A program made the translations under genes and the position numbers. The notes beneath the pieces were generated by a model. That model made no database searches. It saw nothing but the letters and a program-made list of their open reading frames with translations, and was not told where the DNA came from. Positions 43,200 to 54,578 of a stretch of DNA of 64,000 bases are shown piece after piece. This DNA comes from Dudresnaya verticillata. Lineage: Eukaryota. Location: positions 930,001-994,000 of the forward strand of contig OZ374563.1 of assembly GCA_977862235.1 (NCBI GenBank), in the 5' to 3' direction. Each line of letters begins with the position of its first letter. Position 1 is the first letter of the stretch.

Positions 43200-44441
43200 A
43201 TGGCCGGCTTGCAAGGCGGTTCCGTTGAGCGGCGGAGCATGAGCGGCCCGAACAAGGGAAAGTCCAGCCATCGCGCGATCCTCTCCGTCCTGTTCTTCCT
43301 TCTTGTCCTCAGGGGACAAGTTTACATCGGTTCAACGTTTGCTGGTACTCGACCGCGTCGCCGAGACCTTAGCGCCCAGGACAGCGCTCTACGATCTAGC
43401 GTGGACCAGGACTGGGAAGAGTGCGCTAGGATTCTCCACGCTGGTTTGCGAGACATCGGTGATGCCGGCAGGATTTGGGTCCAGAATTCTTTCGTCGGCA
43501 GCAACTGGGACCCATCTGATAAGTCCATGCCACCCCCAAAACTTGAATCGAAAGAAACAGACAAGTACAAGTGTCGCTGCCTCATTCCAGAGGTCCACGC
43601 TGGCCGCCAGCCGCGCTTAACAGCAATTGTTCAGAGCTTCAACCACCATGCGAACATTGCCAACATTTCTACAGCGTTGAAGAGCTCGCCATACATTGAG
43701 GAAGTTCTAATCAGCGAAGATGGGTCTACAGATGGCTCTTTGCATGACTGGCGTTCTGCATTGCCAGACCCGTCTCAATTCATAATCCGATCTAACAACT
43801 TGCACGAGCTTCGAAGCTACAACCGTGCGATGAGGATGTCGTCAGGCGATTTTGTCGTTCTTTTGCAGGATGACGATTTGCTGCCACTTTCAGACGAATG
43901 GATACGAAATGCAGTGCGTCTTTTTGAGGCACTCCCAGAGCTAGGTGTATTGGGAGGTTACATCGGCCAGCTCTGGGATCATGCCACTGGTCTGGGATAT
44001 GAGTACGGCGAACAGAGAAGTACCCATGGAGGGCTCCGGAGCGGCAACACGGAGCCACTGCAGTTTATCGAACCGACCACTGGGCTTCCGTTTATGTATG
44101 CTGAATGCGTGTGGATTGCCCCAATGTTTATTCGTCGTAGCCTGTTGCGCAAGGCGGGAGGTCTCGAACTTACAATTGCAAAGCGTGGAGAGCCTGGGGT
44201 TTGGCAAGATTGTGTGTTCAGCTACGAGGCATGGATAAATGGTTACTCTGTAGGAGTATATAGCGCACAATTTGATCGTGGTGTTGGGGGCCACGGATCA
44301 GCAACGTCTACGCTCAAAGTCAAACAACGAGAACGAGTGTATGACAGGGCAGTTGCCTTCTCAAACCGTAAGTTTGCCAGGAGAAGAATTCACGAGTCAA
44401 TCGTTGCGCTCAACAATAAGACATTGCATCCTCGGATATAG
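43200..44441 (+). CDS. Glycosyltransferase family 2 (GT-A) type II membrane protein
   Basis: N-terminal hydrophobic anchor, EDGSTDG, YNRAM, VLLQDDD (DxD). Confidence 0.8.
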   Translation: MAGLQGGSVERRSMSGPNKGKSSHRAILSVLFFLLVLRGQVYIGSTFAGTRPRRRDLSAQDSALRSSVDQDWEECARILHAGLRDIGDAGRIWVQNSFVGSNWDPSDKSMPPPKLESKETDKYKCRCLIPEVHAGRQPRLTAIVQSFNHHANIANISTALKSSPYIEEVLISEDGSTDGSLHDWRSALPDPSQFIIRSNNLHELRSYNRAMRMSSGDFVVLLQDDDLLPLSDEWIRNAVRLFEALPELGVLGGYIGQLWDHATGLGYEYGEQRSTHGGLRSGNTEPLQFIEPTTGLPFMYAECVWIAPMFIRRSLLRKAGGLELTIAKRGEPGVWQDCVFSYEAWINGYSVGVYSAQFDRGVGGHGSATSTLKVKQRERVYDRAVAFSNRKFARRRIHESIVALNNKTLHPRI

Positions 44442-45161
44442 AAATTTTGTGCACATCATTCGCTGTACTTTTCTAACTTAGACCTACGCTGATACGCCTG
44501 TATCACTGCCCACACTAAACATGACTGCCATATCAACCCACCTGCGACTTGTGCAAGCAGTTGACAGTACAGTTCAGCAGCTCGGTAACAGAACGTCTAT
44601 TCAGGAGTTTTGTAAGATGCTAACATCCGTCATCGAAGAAGGCAAAGTTCAAGTCCTTCCGCTCAGAAGACTGAAAGACTGCCATTCCTGACACGTGCGA
44701 ACACCATCTGATTTGATGGTTACGAAACTTGTACGAACCTGGTAGAATTGAGGCGGTGCTCGCTGGGACGTGCCGACACCGCGGCAGTGTCAACACACTA
44801 AAGGCCAGATTGCATGCATATTCTCGAAGTGCAGTGTCCATACGAATGCAAAATTTCTTCGCAGAAACGATTACTACGCCTGCCGAGGCAGGTCCATTGC
44901 CTTTCGGGGTTCTGCTCTGGGCAAGATTATTCCCTGGTTCTCTGGTTACCGGGGCTTTATGGATTTCGGAACAGTTGCTTTCCGTGCTTCTTTCTCTCAT
45001 AGATAGAATGAACGACTCGGACATGCCTATCCTTTGCATATTGGCGAGCTCTAAGGAGGGCAGTGTCCTTCAGCTGGACGCAGTGCGCTTCTGTTCCACT
45101 GACGAACACCGCAATCTTTATAACTTAGTGTGTTGTGGCTCCCTGACGAGATTTGGGAAGA

Positions 45162-47224
45162 TTACGAGAACTGGGGATCAACAAACTCGCTGAACTGAAC
45201 ATCTAAGCGAACACGTCCGCCCCCGGTCGACAAATCAACCCATATTGACTTCGCTGATGAGCCCAGGTCAGCTACTGGAATGCTGCCATATCCAATTATT
45301 CGGTCAAGGGCATTTGCTTGTTCTACTGCGCCGAGAGTGATTCCAGACCCACTATGCGTAACAGGTTGAGGAGGAGGAGGAATATAAACTCTGTAGAATG
45401 AGAAGTAACACCCCTCTCTCACTTCAACTCTGAGCATGGCAGTTTTGGGCTGTTGAACAAATAACTCCCATCCCTTCAAACGAAGTATGGTATGGAAATA
45501 AAAGGTGGTGAACAAAGAATTCTGGTCAGTCAATTTGTGAAGTCACCTTTTGTACGCACGCAGCCCATTCAGAGATTATGAAAATAGCTCGTACCTCATT
45601 CCAGACAGCAGTTCCCGGACCCTTTCCAGTCTTTGAAGTGGCTTTGTTCTTCTTGGAAGTTGTTGATTGCGATTCCACTGAAAGAACAACGTACGGATCG
45701 GTGAGTCCAACAGTTGGGGTGCGCAAACCCTCTGCCTTCAATAGAACACCGGTTAGCACGCCTCGAAAACGGCGCGGGACAAAAATATTCTGTAGATCCC
45801 CCCACATGGTGAGGAACTCCCGGAGTTGAACAAACCCATCATTATTCATGTCAAGTATGTTGCGAATGGAATTCCTGTCTGCCTCTGAAGCATAACCCCA
45901 TTCAATTAGGCCACTTGAAACCTCCGCGGCGTTGAGAACGCCATCGTCATCGACATCCATGTTTGCAAATAGCTTTACCAGTTCTGGTAGCTTTTTTCGA
46001 AGCTTGTCATCATTGAGCTCCCTGAGATCCGTTTGAATCCCTTGTGCCTTCAGCAATTCCTCTTCAACTTCAGTGTTCATTGGAAGGTCTCCCATTACAT
46101 CGATGACTTGAGTCTTCGGGAAAAGGAATTCTCGTGGTACGTCTTTTGTGAAGATCTCGTCGAGTATGGTAGACAAGACTGGGATAGCAGTTATCGGTAT
46201 AAACTTTGCCACTTGAATCTTGAGCTGGACAATCGGCATTTTAACAAGTGCCCATTGCGCAGAGCGAATCCAGGGAGGGAAAGGAATGACAGTAAATCCC
46301 AACCATGCCTTTGCTTGAATATCCAAGGAGCTAACAGTCACCGGCACGAGAAGGTCTCTTTCAAGACCTGGTACATGCACGAGGACATCCATGTCTATTT
46401 TTCCTTCTTTGTCCCCGACGAGGCGGAGCCCGAAGCGGTACTGCACCTCGCTGAGAGCCCTAGAAGGCAGCCGTTGAATCTTTCGTACTAGCGCTGGGCT
46501 CTCCCCTAGAGTAAGGCTGGTTATTGTTACCTTGCGAACGAGCGGCGGCAGCTCCATATTATCCAAGACGGGTTGGAGTACGTCTCTTGTCAAAGAATTT
46601 GTTGACTTTCTAAAGAGCCGCCAAAGCGTCCTTATGCTATGTTCAGGTGTCAAAAGGAAGTTGCAGTTCGCATTATAGGAGAGAGGTACCAGGAATATCG
46701 CCACACGATGAACGAAACCGGCTCGCGTTGTTAGAAGTCAGCGGCAACCATAGTTTCAAAAGCGCGTATGGTGGTGCGGCTACGAACCTCATATTAAGCC
46801 AAATCGCATTTTCCCCAGGAGTAGTTGCGAATGTCTTTCCGTCATCCATGTCTTCTCCTTCCATTTCTTCAGGTAGAGAGGTGGCCGGGGGCAGTTGTGC
46901 AGCATTCGAGACGAGCATTGGACGTCGCGTAACCAAGCTCGCAAGGCAACCGACCATTGCGGCTGTGACGAGCATAGCGGCTGACAGGGGGTCAGAAGCG
47001 CGGTCAGTAACGGCCGCAACGGGATTTGAGGAGAAGTCCGTGAGGATGGAAACGCGGGCCCTGCGACGAGTTGCCGGCGGGGAGCTGATGAGTGCCTCGG
47101 CCGGGGGGAGGATGGCTATCCGTGCAGTGCTGCAGTCTATTCTGCAGATATGCGTTGTCACATGTTTCCGCCGTCCCTTGCGCCACAGCAAAGGCGCGCT
47201 TGGGATGAACAGGGGCCGCAACAT
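45162..47224 (-). CDS. Synaptotagmin-like SMP-domain protein with EF-hand pair and C2 domain; exons about 47224-46788, 46636-45595, 45473-45162
   Basis: Splicing gives ENAIWLNM|SIRTLW (SMP start) and AVWNE|GWEL (C2); LTLGESP, ITAIP.L; EF loops DVDDDGVL and DMNNDGFV; TDPYV. Confidence 0.8.
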
Positions 47225-48553
47225 AACTGTCGCTTCACGGCATGGCTCCGAGAAGGCCGGAAGCGGAATGAGGGATGGAGCGTTGATTGTGGGACTGGCA
47301 ATGAGCTTCATTTTATCAAAATCTCAATGGATCTCGGGGATCCAGAATGATGCAGCGGATTTAGATGGGAGATTCATTTCATACCCTTCCCACCGATGCA
47401 CTCGTAGAGTACGGTCGTCAACGGCGTTTAAGGTAGCCTTGCTCCCACAGCCCACGGCCTCGCAGCGCTGTCTATCCTAGTTTTGGATGACGGCCAAAGG
47501 GTGGATTTGGCGGCCAGTGCGCCTGTTTGGCGGGGCCTGGCTTTATCAAGGACTGTGCATCGAACCCTTTTGACAGTAGAACGATTTTCAGGGAGCGTGG
47601 ATCATGAGAAGAGCTCTCCGCCTAGTTCTATCGGTGCCCCGCACCCTCGATCGAGTCTCGCTCTGGGAATGGGTACATCTGGAGCCAGATAGGGGTATCC
47701 CTTGCAGAGGGGTATCCCTTGCAATTACAGCACTCGGAAACCCGGTCATATGGGGCTAGAATAGTTTGACCTTGCTCATAGGGCGCACCGAGAGCTGCAT
47801 TAATGGAGCATTCTAGCCTGCAGGGGCAAGTTTTCCGACTTGGCGACGTATTGAACGTATCTCTGTACACGCGCGCTTCTGTGCTTCAGTTCAGGTATGT
47901 CCAGAATGTCTCGGAGTCATTACGAGGAGAGAAGCGCATAATAACATCTCAGTAATACGCTATCTAGAGTGACAATCAACTCTTGACCACTCTGCACCTT
48001 CGAGAGGGCAAGCACTTGGACAATCCTCAGCGAAACAGCGCGAGTTCGCGTGAAGCAACACTGTTGCCCAGTAGGAGTGTGCTGGCATTGTGTCGCAAAG
48101 GGACAAATGTGCTTCTCAAGCTTGGCGTATGGGCTACTCTCTGCGAGGCAGCGAGGCAGCAAGGGACTTCCTTCTTCAGAGTTACGCTGGGTGAAGCGGC
48201 TGCGTTGTCAACGAGCGAGTTTGATACAGCTTGCGAGATTTGCCGCAAGAGACTGGGAACGTTTCGATTTGCTGACGTACACGTCCCGTCCTGTAGCATT
48301 TTCTAGCATTTTCCAGCAGGGCCGATTTTTGCTTCATTGGTTTCAGGGCCCTTACAGGCTTTTTGCCATCGACCGTCGTCCTTGTAGAGCTCTCGGACAA
48401 TAGGCATCTTCTGTTCTTCTTTTTTCGGCCACGATCCGTTGCTCAGTTTCTTGTACGGAGCATTGTTTCAGAAAGGCTGCATGCACGGTTCTTCGTAGGT
48501 TTTCCTGCCTGCCGTGGTCCTGTGCATTACCTCGGGACGTACGTCGAGCCGAC

Positions 48554-50887
48554 ATGGCCGACACTGTTTATCCCATCAGCTCTCAGATGGCTGCCGCTGG
48601 TCTCGAAGACTCTTTCCATCTGCCACGCCGCGGGGAACGGAATGTCTTAGTGACAAGTGCATTACCGTATGTGAACAACTATCCGCATCTAGGCAATATT
48701 ATCGGCGCTGTTTTGAGTGCGGACGTGTATGCCCGCTTTCTCCGCCAGAGAAAGGTCAACGTGATATATGTCTGCGGTACAGACGAGTATGGCACTGCAA
48801 CGGAAACGAAGGCTCAGCAGGAGAAGCTAACCCCTCGCCAGATTTGTGACAAGTACCACGGTCTCCACAAGCAAGTGTACGAGTGGTTTGACATTTGCTT
48901 TGACGTTTTCGGGCGAACGAGCACGCCTCAGCAGACGGAGATCGTACAGGAAATCTTCTGGGATGTGCACAAGAACGGCTTTGTGAAAGAGGATACCATT
49001 GTCCAGCTGTATTGCGACGCAGTATGTAAGAGGTTTCTGGCTGACAGGTATGTGCATGGCACCTGTCCCAACTGCGGGTACGACGACGCGAGAGGGGACC
49101 AATGCGACAATTGCGGGCACATGCTGAACCCGGCGGAGCTGCTGCGTCCCAGATGCTCAACGTGTGAGAAACCACCAATTTCGAAGCAAACCACGCATTT
49201 GTTTCTGGATCTCGTCAAGATTCAGCCCAAACTAGCAGACTGGGTGCGATCAGCATCCAAGAATGGCAACTGGACACAGAACGCTTTGGCGATGACTGAA
49301 ACCTGGCTAAGGGATGGTCTGAAGCCGCGATGCATCACTCGCGATTTGAAATGGGGCGTTCCAGTTCCTCTAGAAGGCTTCAAGGACAAAGTTTTCTATG
49401 TGTGGTTTGATGCTCCGGTCGGTTATCCTTCGATTACTTCTGCTCTGTGTGGTGATGGGTGGAGGAAATGGTGGAATCCGGCGCCAGAAGATGACGTCGA
49501 CATCAAGCTCGTTCAGTTCATGGGTAAGGACAATGTCCCGTTTCATACCATTGTGTTCCCAGGCTCTCTGTTGGCAACTGAGAAACCGTGGACGAAGCTG
49601 CACCATATTTCAACGACCGACTATCTCAACTACGAGTCCGGCAAATTTAGCAAGTCTCGTGGTGTAGGCGTTTTCGGAAATGATGCCATGGAAACTGGGA
49701 TCCCGTCAGAGGTTTGGCGATACTACCTGTTGTTGAATCGGCCAGAAGGTTCCGATGCAGTGTTCACATGGGACGACCTTGCTGTGAAGAACAACGACGA
49801 GCTTATTAAGACCTTGGGGAACTACATCAACCGAACCATCACCTTCTTGTACAAGTCTTTTGGAGGGAAGATTTCGGACCTCATACTGGGCGATGAGGAA
49901 AACAAAGAATTTACCGCGAAGGTAAACGCGGAGCTGAAGGAGTATATCCAACTTTTGGAGAAGGTCAGCTTGAAGGCCGGCCTGAAGAAGGCTATGGCAA
50001 TATCTAGCTTGGGGAATCAGTATTTGCAGAGGAAGGCGCCCTGGAAGCTGATTAAGGCGGGTCGAACGGCGGAGGCAGGGAGCTCGCTGACATACTCGGC
50101 CAACTTGGTGCTTCTGGTGACTGTCGTTCTTGAGCCGTTCATGGGGACGAAGTTCTCGACGAAGGTGTTTTCGCAGCTGGGCTTGCAACATCAGCCGGGA
50201 GTTAACAATATCATCCCAGACACGTTCGACCCCCTTGGATGGCTGAAGCCGGGGATGGAGACAAAGGCGCCCGAGATTTTGTTCACTGCACTGACGGCAG
50301 ACCAGATTGCGGGCTTCCGCAAAAAATATGGTGGTAAGCAAGGTGAAAGTGCGGATGCTGCCCCCAAGGAGAAGGAGGATGGGAAGGCGAGCTTTGGGCT
50401 GGATCTCAGAGTAGGAGAAATCGTTGAAATACACGATCACGCGGAATCGGACCGTCTTTTCATAGCGAAGGTAGATGTTGGAGAGGAGAAGGGGCCAAGG
50501 ACGGTGGTTGCTGGGTTACGGGATGTGTACAAAGCCGAGGAGCTGCTGCATTCAAAAGTTGTTGTAGTGTGCAATTTGGCGCCCGCGACCCTTGCAGGCA
50601 TCGATTCTGAAGGCATGGTGCTGGTTGCTGATAAGAAGAAGACTGTGAGGACGTTGACGGTGGATGATAGCGTAGCGGTGGGGGAGGCGGTTGTAGCGCA
50701 TGGGCTGCCGGTGAACTTAGGTTCTGCTCCGCTCGACCGCAAAGGATTCCAGAACGCTAGTAAACCGCTTCGTGTGGGCAAGGAGAACAGAGTGTTGTTC
50801 GACAAGCAATACACGCTTGCGTGCAAGTCGGATGTGAATCTGGTGGTCTCTGCTCAGGGTGTCGCTGAGGGAGGCAAGATCAAGTAG
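48554..50887 (+). CDS. MARS1: Methionine--tRNA ligase, cytosolic type, with C-terminal EMAPII-like tRNA-binding OB domain
   Basis: TSALPYVNN.PHLGN, GTDEYG, CPNC...ARGDQCDNC, YVWFDA, GKDN, KFSKS; LDLRVG.I...H..SDRL. Confidence 0.96.
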   Translation: MADTVYPISSQMAAAGLEDSFHLPRRGERNVLVTSALPYVNNYPHLGNIIGAVLSADVYARFLRQRKVNVIYVCGTDEYGTATETKAQQEKLTPRQICDKYHGLHKQVYEWFDICFDVFGRTSTPQQTEIVQEIFWDVHKNGFVKEDTIVQLYCDAVCKRFLADRYVHGTCPNCGYDDARGDQCDNCGHMLNPAELLRPRCSTCEKPPISKQTTHLFLDLVKIQPKLADWVRSASKNGNWTQNALAMTETWLRDGLKPRCITRDLKWGVPVPLEGFKDKVFYVWFDAPVGYPSITSALCGDGWRKWWNPAPEDDVDIKLVQFMGKDNVPFHTIVFPGSLLATEKPWTKLHHISTTDYLNYESGKFSKSRGVGVFGNDAMETGIPSEVWRYYLLLNRPEGSDAVFTWDDLAVKNNDELIKTLGNYINRTITFLYKSFGGKISDLILGDEENKEFTAKVNAELKEYIQLLEKVSLKAGLKKAMAISSLGNQYLQRKAPWKLIKAGRTAEAGSSLTYSANLVLLVTVVLEPFMGTKFSTKVFSQLGLQHQPGVNNIIPDTFDPLGWLKPGMETKAPEILFTALTADQIAGFRKKYGGKQGESADAAPKEKEDGKASFGLDLRVGEIVEIHDHAESDRLFIAKVDVGEEKGPRTVVAGLRDVYKAEELLHSKVVVVCNLAPATLAGIDSEGMVLVADKKKTVRTLTVDDSVAVGEAVVAHGLPVNLGSAPLDRKGFQNASKPLRVGKENRVLFDKQYTLACKSDVNLVVSAQGVAEGGKIK

Positions 50888-51062
50888 CTTTATGTTAGCA
50901 CGTAAACAAGTGTGGAGCCAAGCTGAAACGGAAGCGATTGTGTGGCATCCGAGGGGCATAGTCACACTATTTTTGCGAACGTGTCATGGAAATCGGGAGA
51001 GGGAATATTTATACGTCGCGGATTCCAGTGTCATACCAAGAGATGAGCACCTTTGTCTCCAG

Positions 51063-51150
51063 GCGTCTATGGTCTAGAGGTAAGATTCTTGCTTTGGGTG
51101 CAAGAGGTCCCGGGTTCGATCCCTGATTGACGAGTTCCCCGGTAGACGCC
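51063..51150 (+). tRNA. tRNA-Pro(UGG) with a 16-nt intron in the T-loop (51121-51136)
   Basis: Acceptor GCGTCTA/TAGACGC, A-box TGGTCTAGAGG, anticodon arm CTTGC-TTTGGGT-GCAAG, T-stem CCGGG/CCCGG; 72 nt after intron removal; T-runs downstream. Confidence 0.85.
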
Positions 51151-52360
51151 ATCGCTCTCGCAATAATGTTTTGCGCCTATTTTATTTTTATTTTAGATTG
51201 GGCCTATGTCGAGATGGGGAAAGTGCTGGTGTCCAGTTCCGGTTTCTTTTTGGGTGAGCTATGTGCACGGAGGACGGGTTACTGCAGCACGCTGGCAGGA
51301 CAGAGGCCGCGCGGACGAGGCGAGCGAAACTTGCAACGGAAGGCGCCCAGAGCAACCAACCACTTTTCCGAAACAGAGAGGTCTCAAGGAAATGTGCAGT
51401 TGTTCGCGGTAGACAAGCCCTCATAGCGAGCTAGGGAGACGTTCTGCGCCGACAAAAATTATTTTTGGGCCTCTTTATCGTCGAGATACCCATCACCGCC
51501 GCGGCGCGTCTTTGCCCGCTAGCCATACGCTCTTTGCAGAAGGGGGGGGGGCACGTTTTCAGCTTGAAATTTGGGACAACTGCAAAGAAGGAGAGGTCTG
51601 CGTACCACGCGATAGTCCCCCCGCTCCGCAGCCAAGCGGGCAGCCAAGCGGACGAAACGTCCTCTTTTTGAAGAAGATCGCGACACGCATCTCCGTCTTC
51701 AAGTCTGCGCAATCCCCGTCGATCGCGGCTATCTGGGGAGTTTTGCCAATTGGACGCCAATTGGATCAGGGGTAACACCGGCAGAAGGGTGCGGACAGTG
51801 TACATGTCGCAGCGCAACATGCTTCTCCTCATGGGGAGCAGGGTTCTGCCTGTTATCTGCATTTTGAGCACCGCGCACATTTCCTATGTCAACTGGGCAT
51901 CCCCCATGACCGAGGAGGAAAGGAAAATGCTCCACGAGCTGCGGACCAAGAAGCGTCCGTCAAGGTTGTCTCGGGGAGCTCTTGAGCAACAACCACTACC
52001 GGAAACCTTTCGAGCTATAGTCGACAAGGATGTCGAACCAGATGCATTTAGCCCTCCTCGATATGCGGAAGATGCGATGAACGCTGCAGATGCACAAACC
52101 GGGACGGAGCAATGAGGGAGCTGGTTTCTTTTTGGAGCCACTGCGCCCGTGTTGCGGACAATAGAGGGAGGGGTTCTGGCATAATGGACAATCGCTCGAA
52201 TAAAGATGCTAACTCAAATACATTGACGTATCGTCGTGTGATCACGGGGTTCCAAAAACCTGCGCCAGAGCTGGGGAACTTGGCGATTTACTGTCCCAAG
52301 TCAGTCTTCATCACGGCCATGCACTATAAACGCACGACACCTGCATCTAAAGAGGCGCAC

Positions 52361-53407
52361 CTACTCCAGAGCAGCCGCTCCAGAAGTAATCTCACTGAGC
52401 TCCTGGGTAATTGCAGCCTGGCGCTGGCGATTGTACGAAAGTGTAAGCGTCTGAAGCATATCGGATGCGTTTCGTGAGGCGTTGTCCATAGCAGACATGC
52501 GGGCGGCTTGCTCTGAAGTAGCATTTTCTAGCAAAGCATTGAAGATCTGCGTGGCCAGCTGAAACTCAAACAGATCAACGAGGACCTGAGCAGAGTCCAT
52601 GTCAGAATCGAACTCATATTCATCAAAGGCTTCCGCAGACGCCATCAAAGACTTGAGGCCAACAATAGGCTTCTCGATAACCTCCTGTGAAATGACGGAG
52701 ACATACTCGTTGTACACAAGCACAATTTCGTCGTAGTCGCGACTCAAAATGTCTTCCGCAATGAGACAAACTTGCGGGAACGAAACCGGGACCTTGAACA
52801 CGTCCTTGAACGAAACCATGATGCTGTTACCGTGAACGCGCGCAAGGCCGTCGCGCCCCTTATCACCCAGGAGCATGATCGCATGGTTGACATCAGAATT
52901 GTGCGCGATCATGGCCTTAACCCTCTTAACAATGGACGAGTTGACACCACCGCATAGGCCGCGATCGGACGTAACAGCAATAACAAACCGAGACTTGACA
53001 CCACGGGCCTCATCGTCCTCATCAGGCTTGGTAACCGCCTCGAGCTCATCCATAGTCTTAAAGAAGTCCTGCAGGCCAACAGCGAACGGACGAGAGTTCT
53101 CCTGCATAGTCTGCACGGAACGGAGCTTCGCGGCGGCAACCATTTTCATGGCCTTAGTGATCTTGCCGACGGAGCCGACGGAGCGCATGCGATCCGAGAT
53201 CGCCTTGAGGTTCGCCCACCGGACGCCTCCCTCGCCGGCGAGCCATCCTGCGGAGGCGGCGGCCGGGTCGAGATGCGGGTGGGACAGGGCGGCGGATGCG
53301 GCGCGCGGCGACGAGCGCAGCGCGATCAGCGCCGAGCTGGGCGACAGCGCGATCGGGCGCTGCCCGGCGGAGCGCATGACGCTCTTGAGCGCGGCTCGCG
53401 ACGCCAT
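52361..53407 (-). CDS. ATP3: Mitochondrial F1 ATP synthase gamma subunit
   Basis: KITKAMKMVAAAKL, TSDRGLCGGVN, SEQAARMSAMDNASRNA, YNR.RQAAITQEL.EI.SGA.AL; Arg/Ala/Ser-rich presequence; no plastid regulatory insert. Confidence 0.95.
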   Translation of the reverse strand: MASRAALKSVMRSAGQRPIALSPSSALIALRSSPRAASAALSHPHLDPAAASAGWLAGEGGVRWANLKAISDRMRSVGSVGKITKAMKMVAAAKLRSVQTMQENSRPFAVGLQDFFKTMDELEAVTKPDEDDEARGVKSRFVIAVTSDRGLCGGVNSSIVKRVKAMIAHNSDVNHAIMLLGDKGRDGLARVHGNSIMVSFKDVFKVPVSFPQVCLIAEDILSRDYDEIVLVYNEYVSVISQEVIEKPIVGLKSLMASAEAFDEYEFDSDMDSAQVLVDLFEFQLATQIFNALLENATSEQAARMSAMDNASRNASDMLQTLTLSYNRQRQAAITQELSEITSGAAALE

Positions 53408-53939
53408 TGCGGGTTCGACCGGATGCGCGGCGCGATCGAGGGTTCGGCGCGGGGACGGGCGCGGATCGGGTGACGGCGGTGGTCGGGCGAGCCGGGCGCG
53501 CGGGTTGGAAACGGGAGAGAAGGGGAGCGGATGGCGATGGCTGGCGGGCGAGAGGGGTGGTTGTAGGGCTTGGATCGCTACGCATTGAAGGGGTTTGGTG
53601 AGGGTCCCGGAATTTATTGCCAAATTTAGTATTACTGTAGGGGTTGGTATCGTTGCATTGGCTGTGCGCGATGCACCGCCCGCCCACCCTCACTTGGCAG
53701 GAGCACGAGCGTCGTCTCCGCTCTCCCCGATGAGCCCCGTCGCATTCTATCTCATGCCGGCGTTGATTGCAAAAAAACGCTTTGGTCCTTTCTCCGCTGA
53801 GCTCCCATCACTCCGGCGTGGAAGCACATTGCTCTCTGGAATGTAGAGAAAGAATAATAACACAAGAATGAGCGCACGTTGTGCGATAGCAGTGTCAAGA
53901 AAAACACCGTACGCTCAATCAACCAAGCGGTAGCGTCCT

Positions 53940-54578
53940 TCAACCAGGATCAACCAACCTCACAGTGACAACATTCTCGCCCCTGACAAACATCAGCCCA
54001 GCCCTCCTCGGCCGTTCCCCGACGTCCCTAACAACACAGCCATTCACGACCATGTTACAATGCCGGTCAAACGCCGCAAGCCTTCCTTCAACAGTCCCCC
54101 GAATACAATGCGTCTCCCTGACAACAACGCAAACCCTGTGCCTCTCCCTCACAGCCCTATCCAGCAATTCAAAGGGCCCGTCCGAAATGCGGGTGTGCAT
54201 CTCGCGGAGCACGCCTCGAACGGGCGCATCAGCGGGCCGTGGGCGCTTCTCAGCCGCCTTGGGCGGGTCCGGGGCGCGCGCCGAAGCCGCCTGCAGCAGG
54301 CGGTAGGGCGCCTTCTCGACTACGGCGCACGCCGCCACATTGTTGAGCACGGGCGCGCGGCGGAATGCCGCGCGGTCGCGCGCCGTTGGCAGCGCGCGCA
54401 GCAGCGCGTCGTCCGACGAGCGCAGCGCCGCTGCCGCGTTGAACGCGTCCGAGAACGGGTTGAGCGCCGTGCTGGCGCGGCCGTCGTCGGCGCGCATCGC
54501 GGCGCATTGCGGTGTCGGCGCGGGTTGGCGGGATGCCGACGGCGGTGGTGAAGTGCGCGGCCGCTGTTTGAGGTCCAT
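53940..54578 (-). CDS. Sm-like protein resembling LSM11 (U7 snRNP)
   Basis: N-terminal LNPFSDAFNAAAAL and LNNVA, then GPFELL...VRE..RV.V.VR....IRG...G.L.AFDRHCNM and Sm2 MFVRGENVV.V. Confidence 0.7.
   Translation of the reverse strand: MDLKQRPRTSPPPSASRQPAPTPQCAAMRADDGRASTALNPFSDAFNAAAALRSSDDALLRALPTARDRAAFRRAPVLNNVAACAVVEKAPYRLLQAASARAPDPPKAAEKRPRPADAPVRGVLREMHTRISDGPFELLDRAVRERHRVCVVVRETHCIRGTVEGRLAAFDRHCNMVVNGCVVRDVGERPRRAGLMFVRGENVVTVRLVDPG

Noticed and set aside
47689..47722. Tandem duplication of AGGGGTATCCCTTGCA
   Set aside because: Two copies only; consistent with simple slippage.
23472..51150. Apparent functional cluster of tRNA-related genes (RTRAF, KAE1, MetRS, intron-containing tRNA; also GluRS)
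   Set aside because: Spread over tens of kb among unrelated genes in a compact genome; chance co-location is sufficient.
51750..52115. 121-aa frame with a hydrophobic stretch and charged tail
   Set aside because: TTG start and no clear upstream exon; may be a real small gene but cannot be supported.
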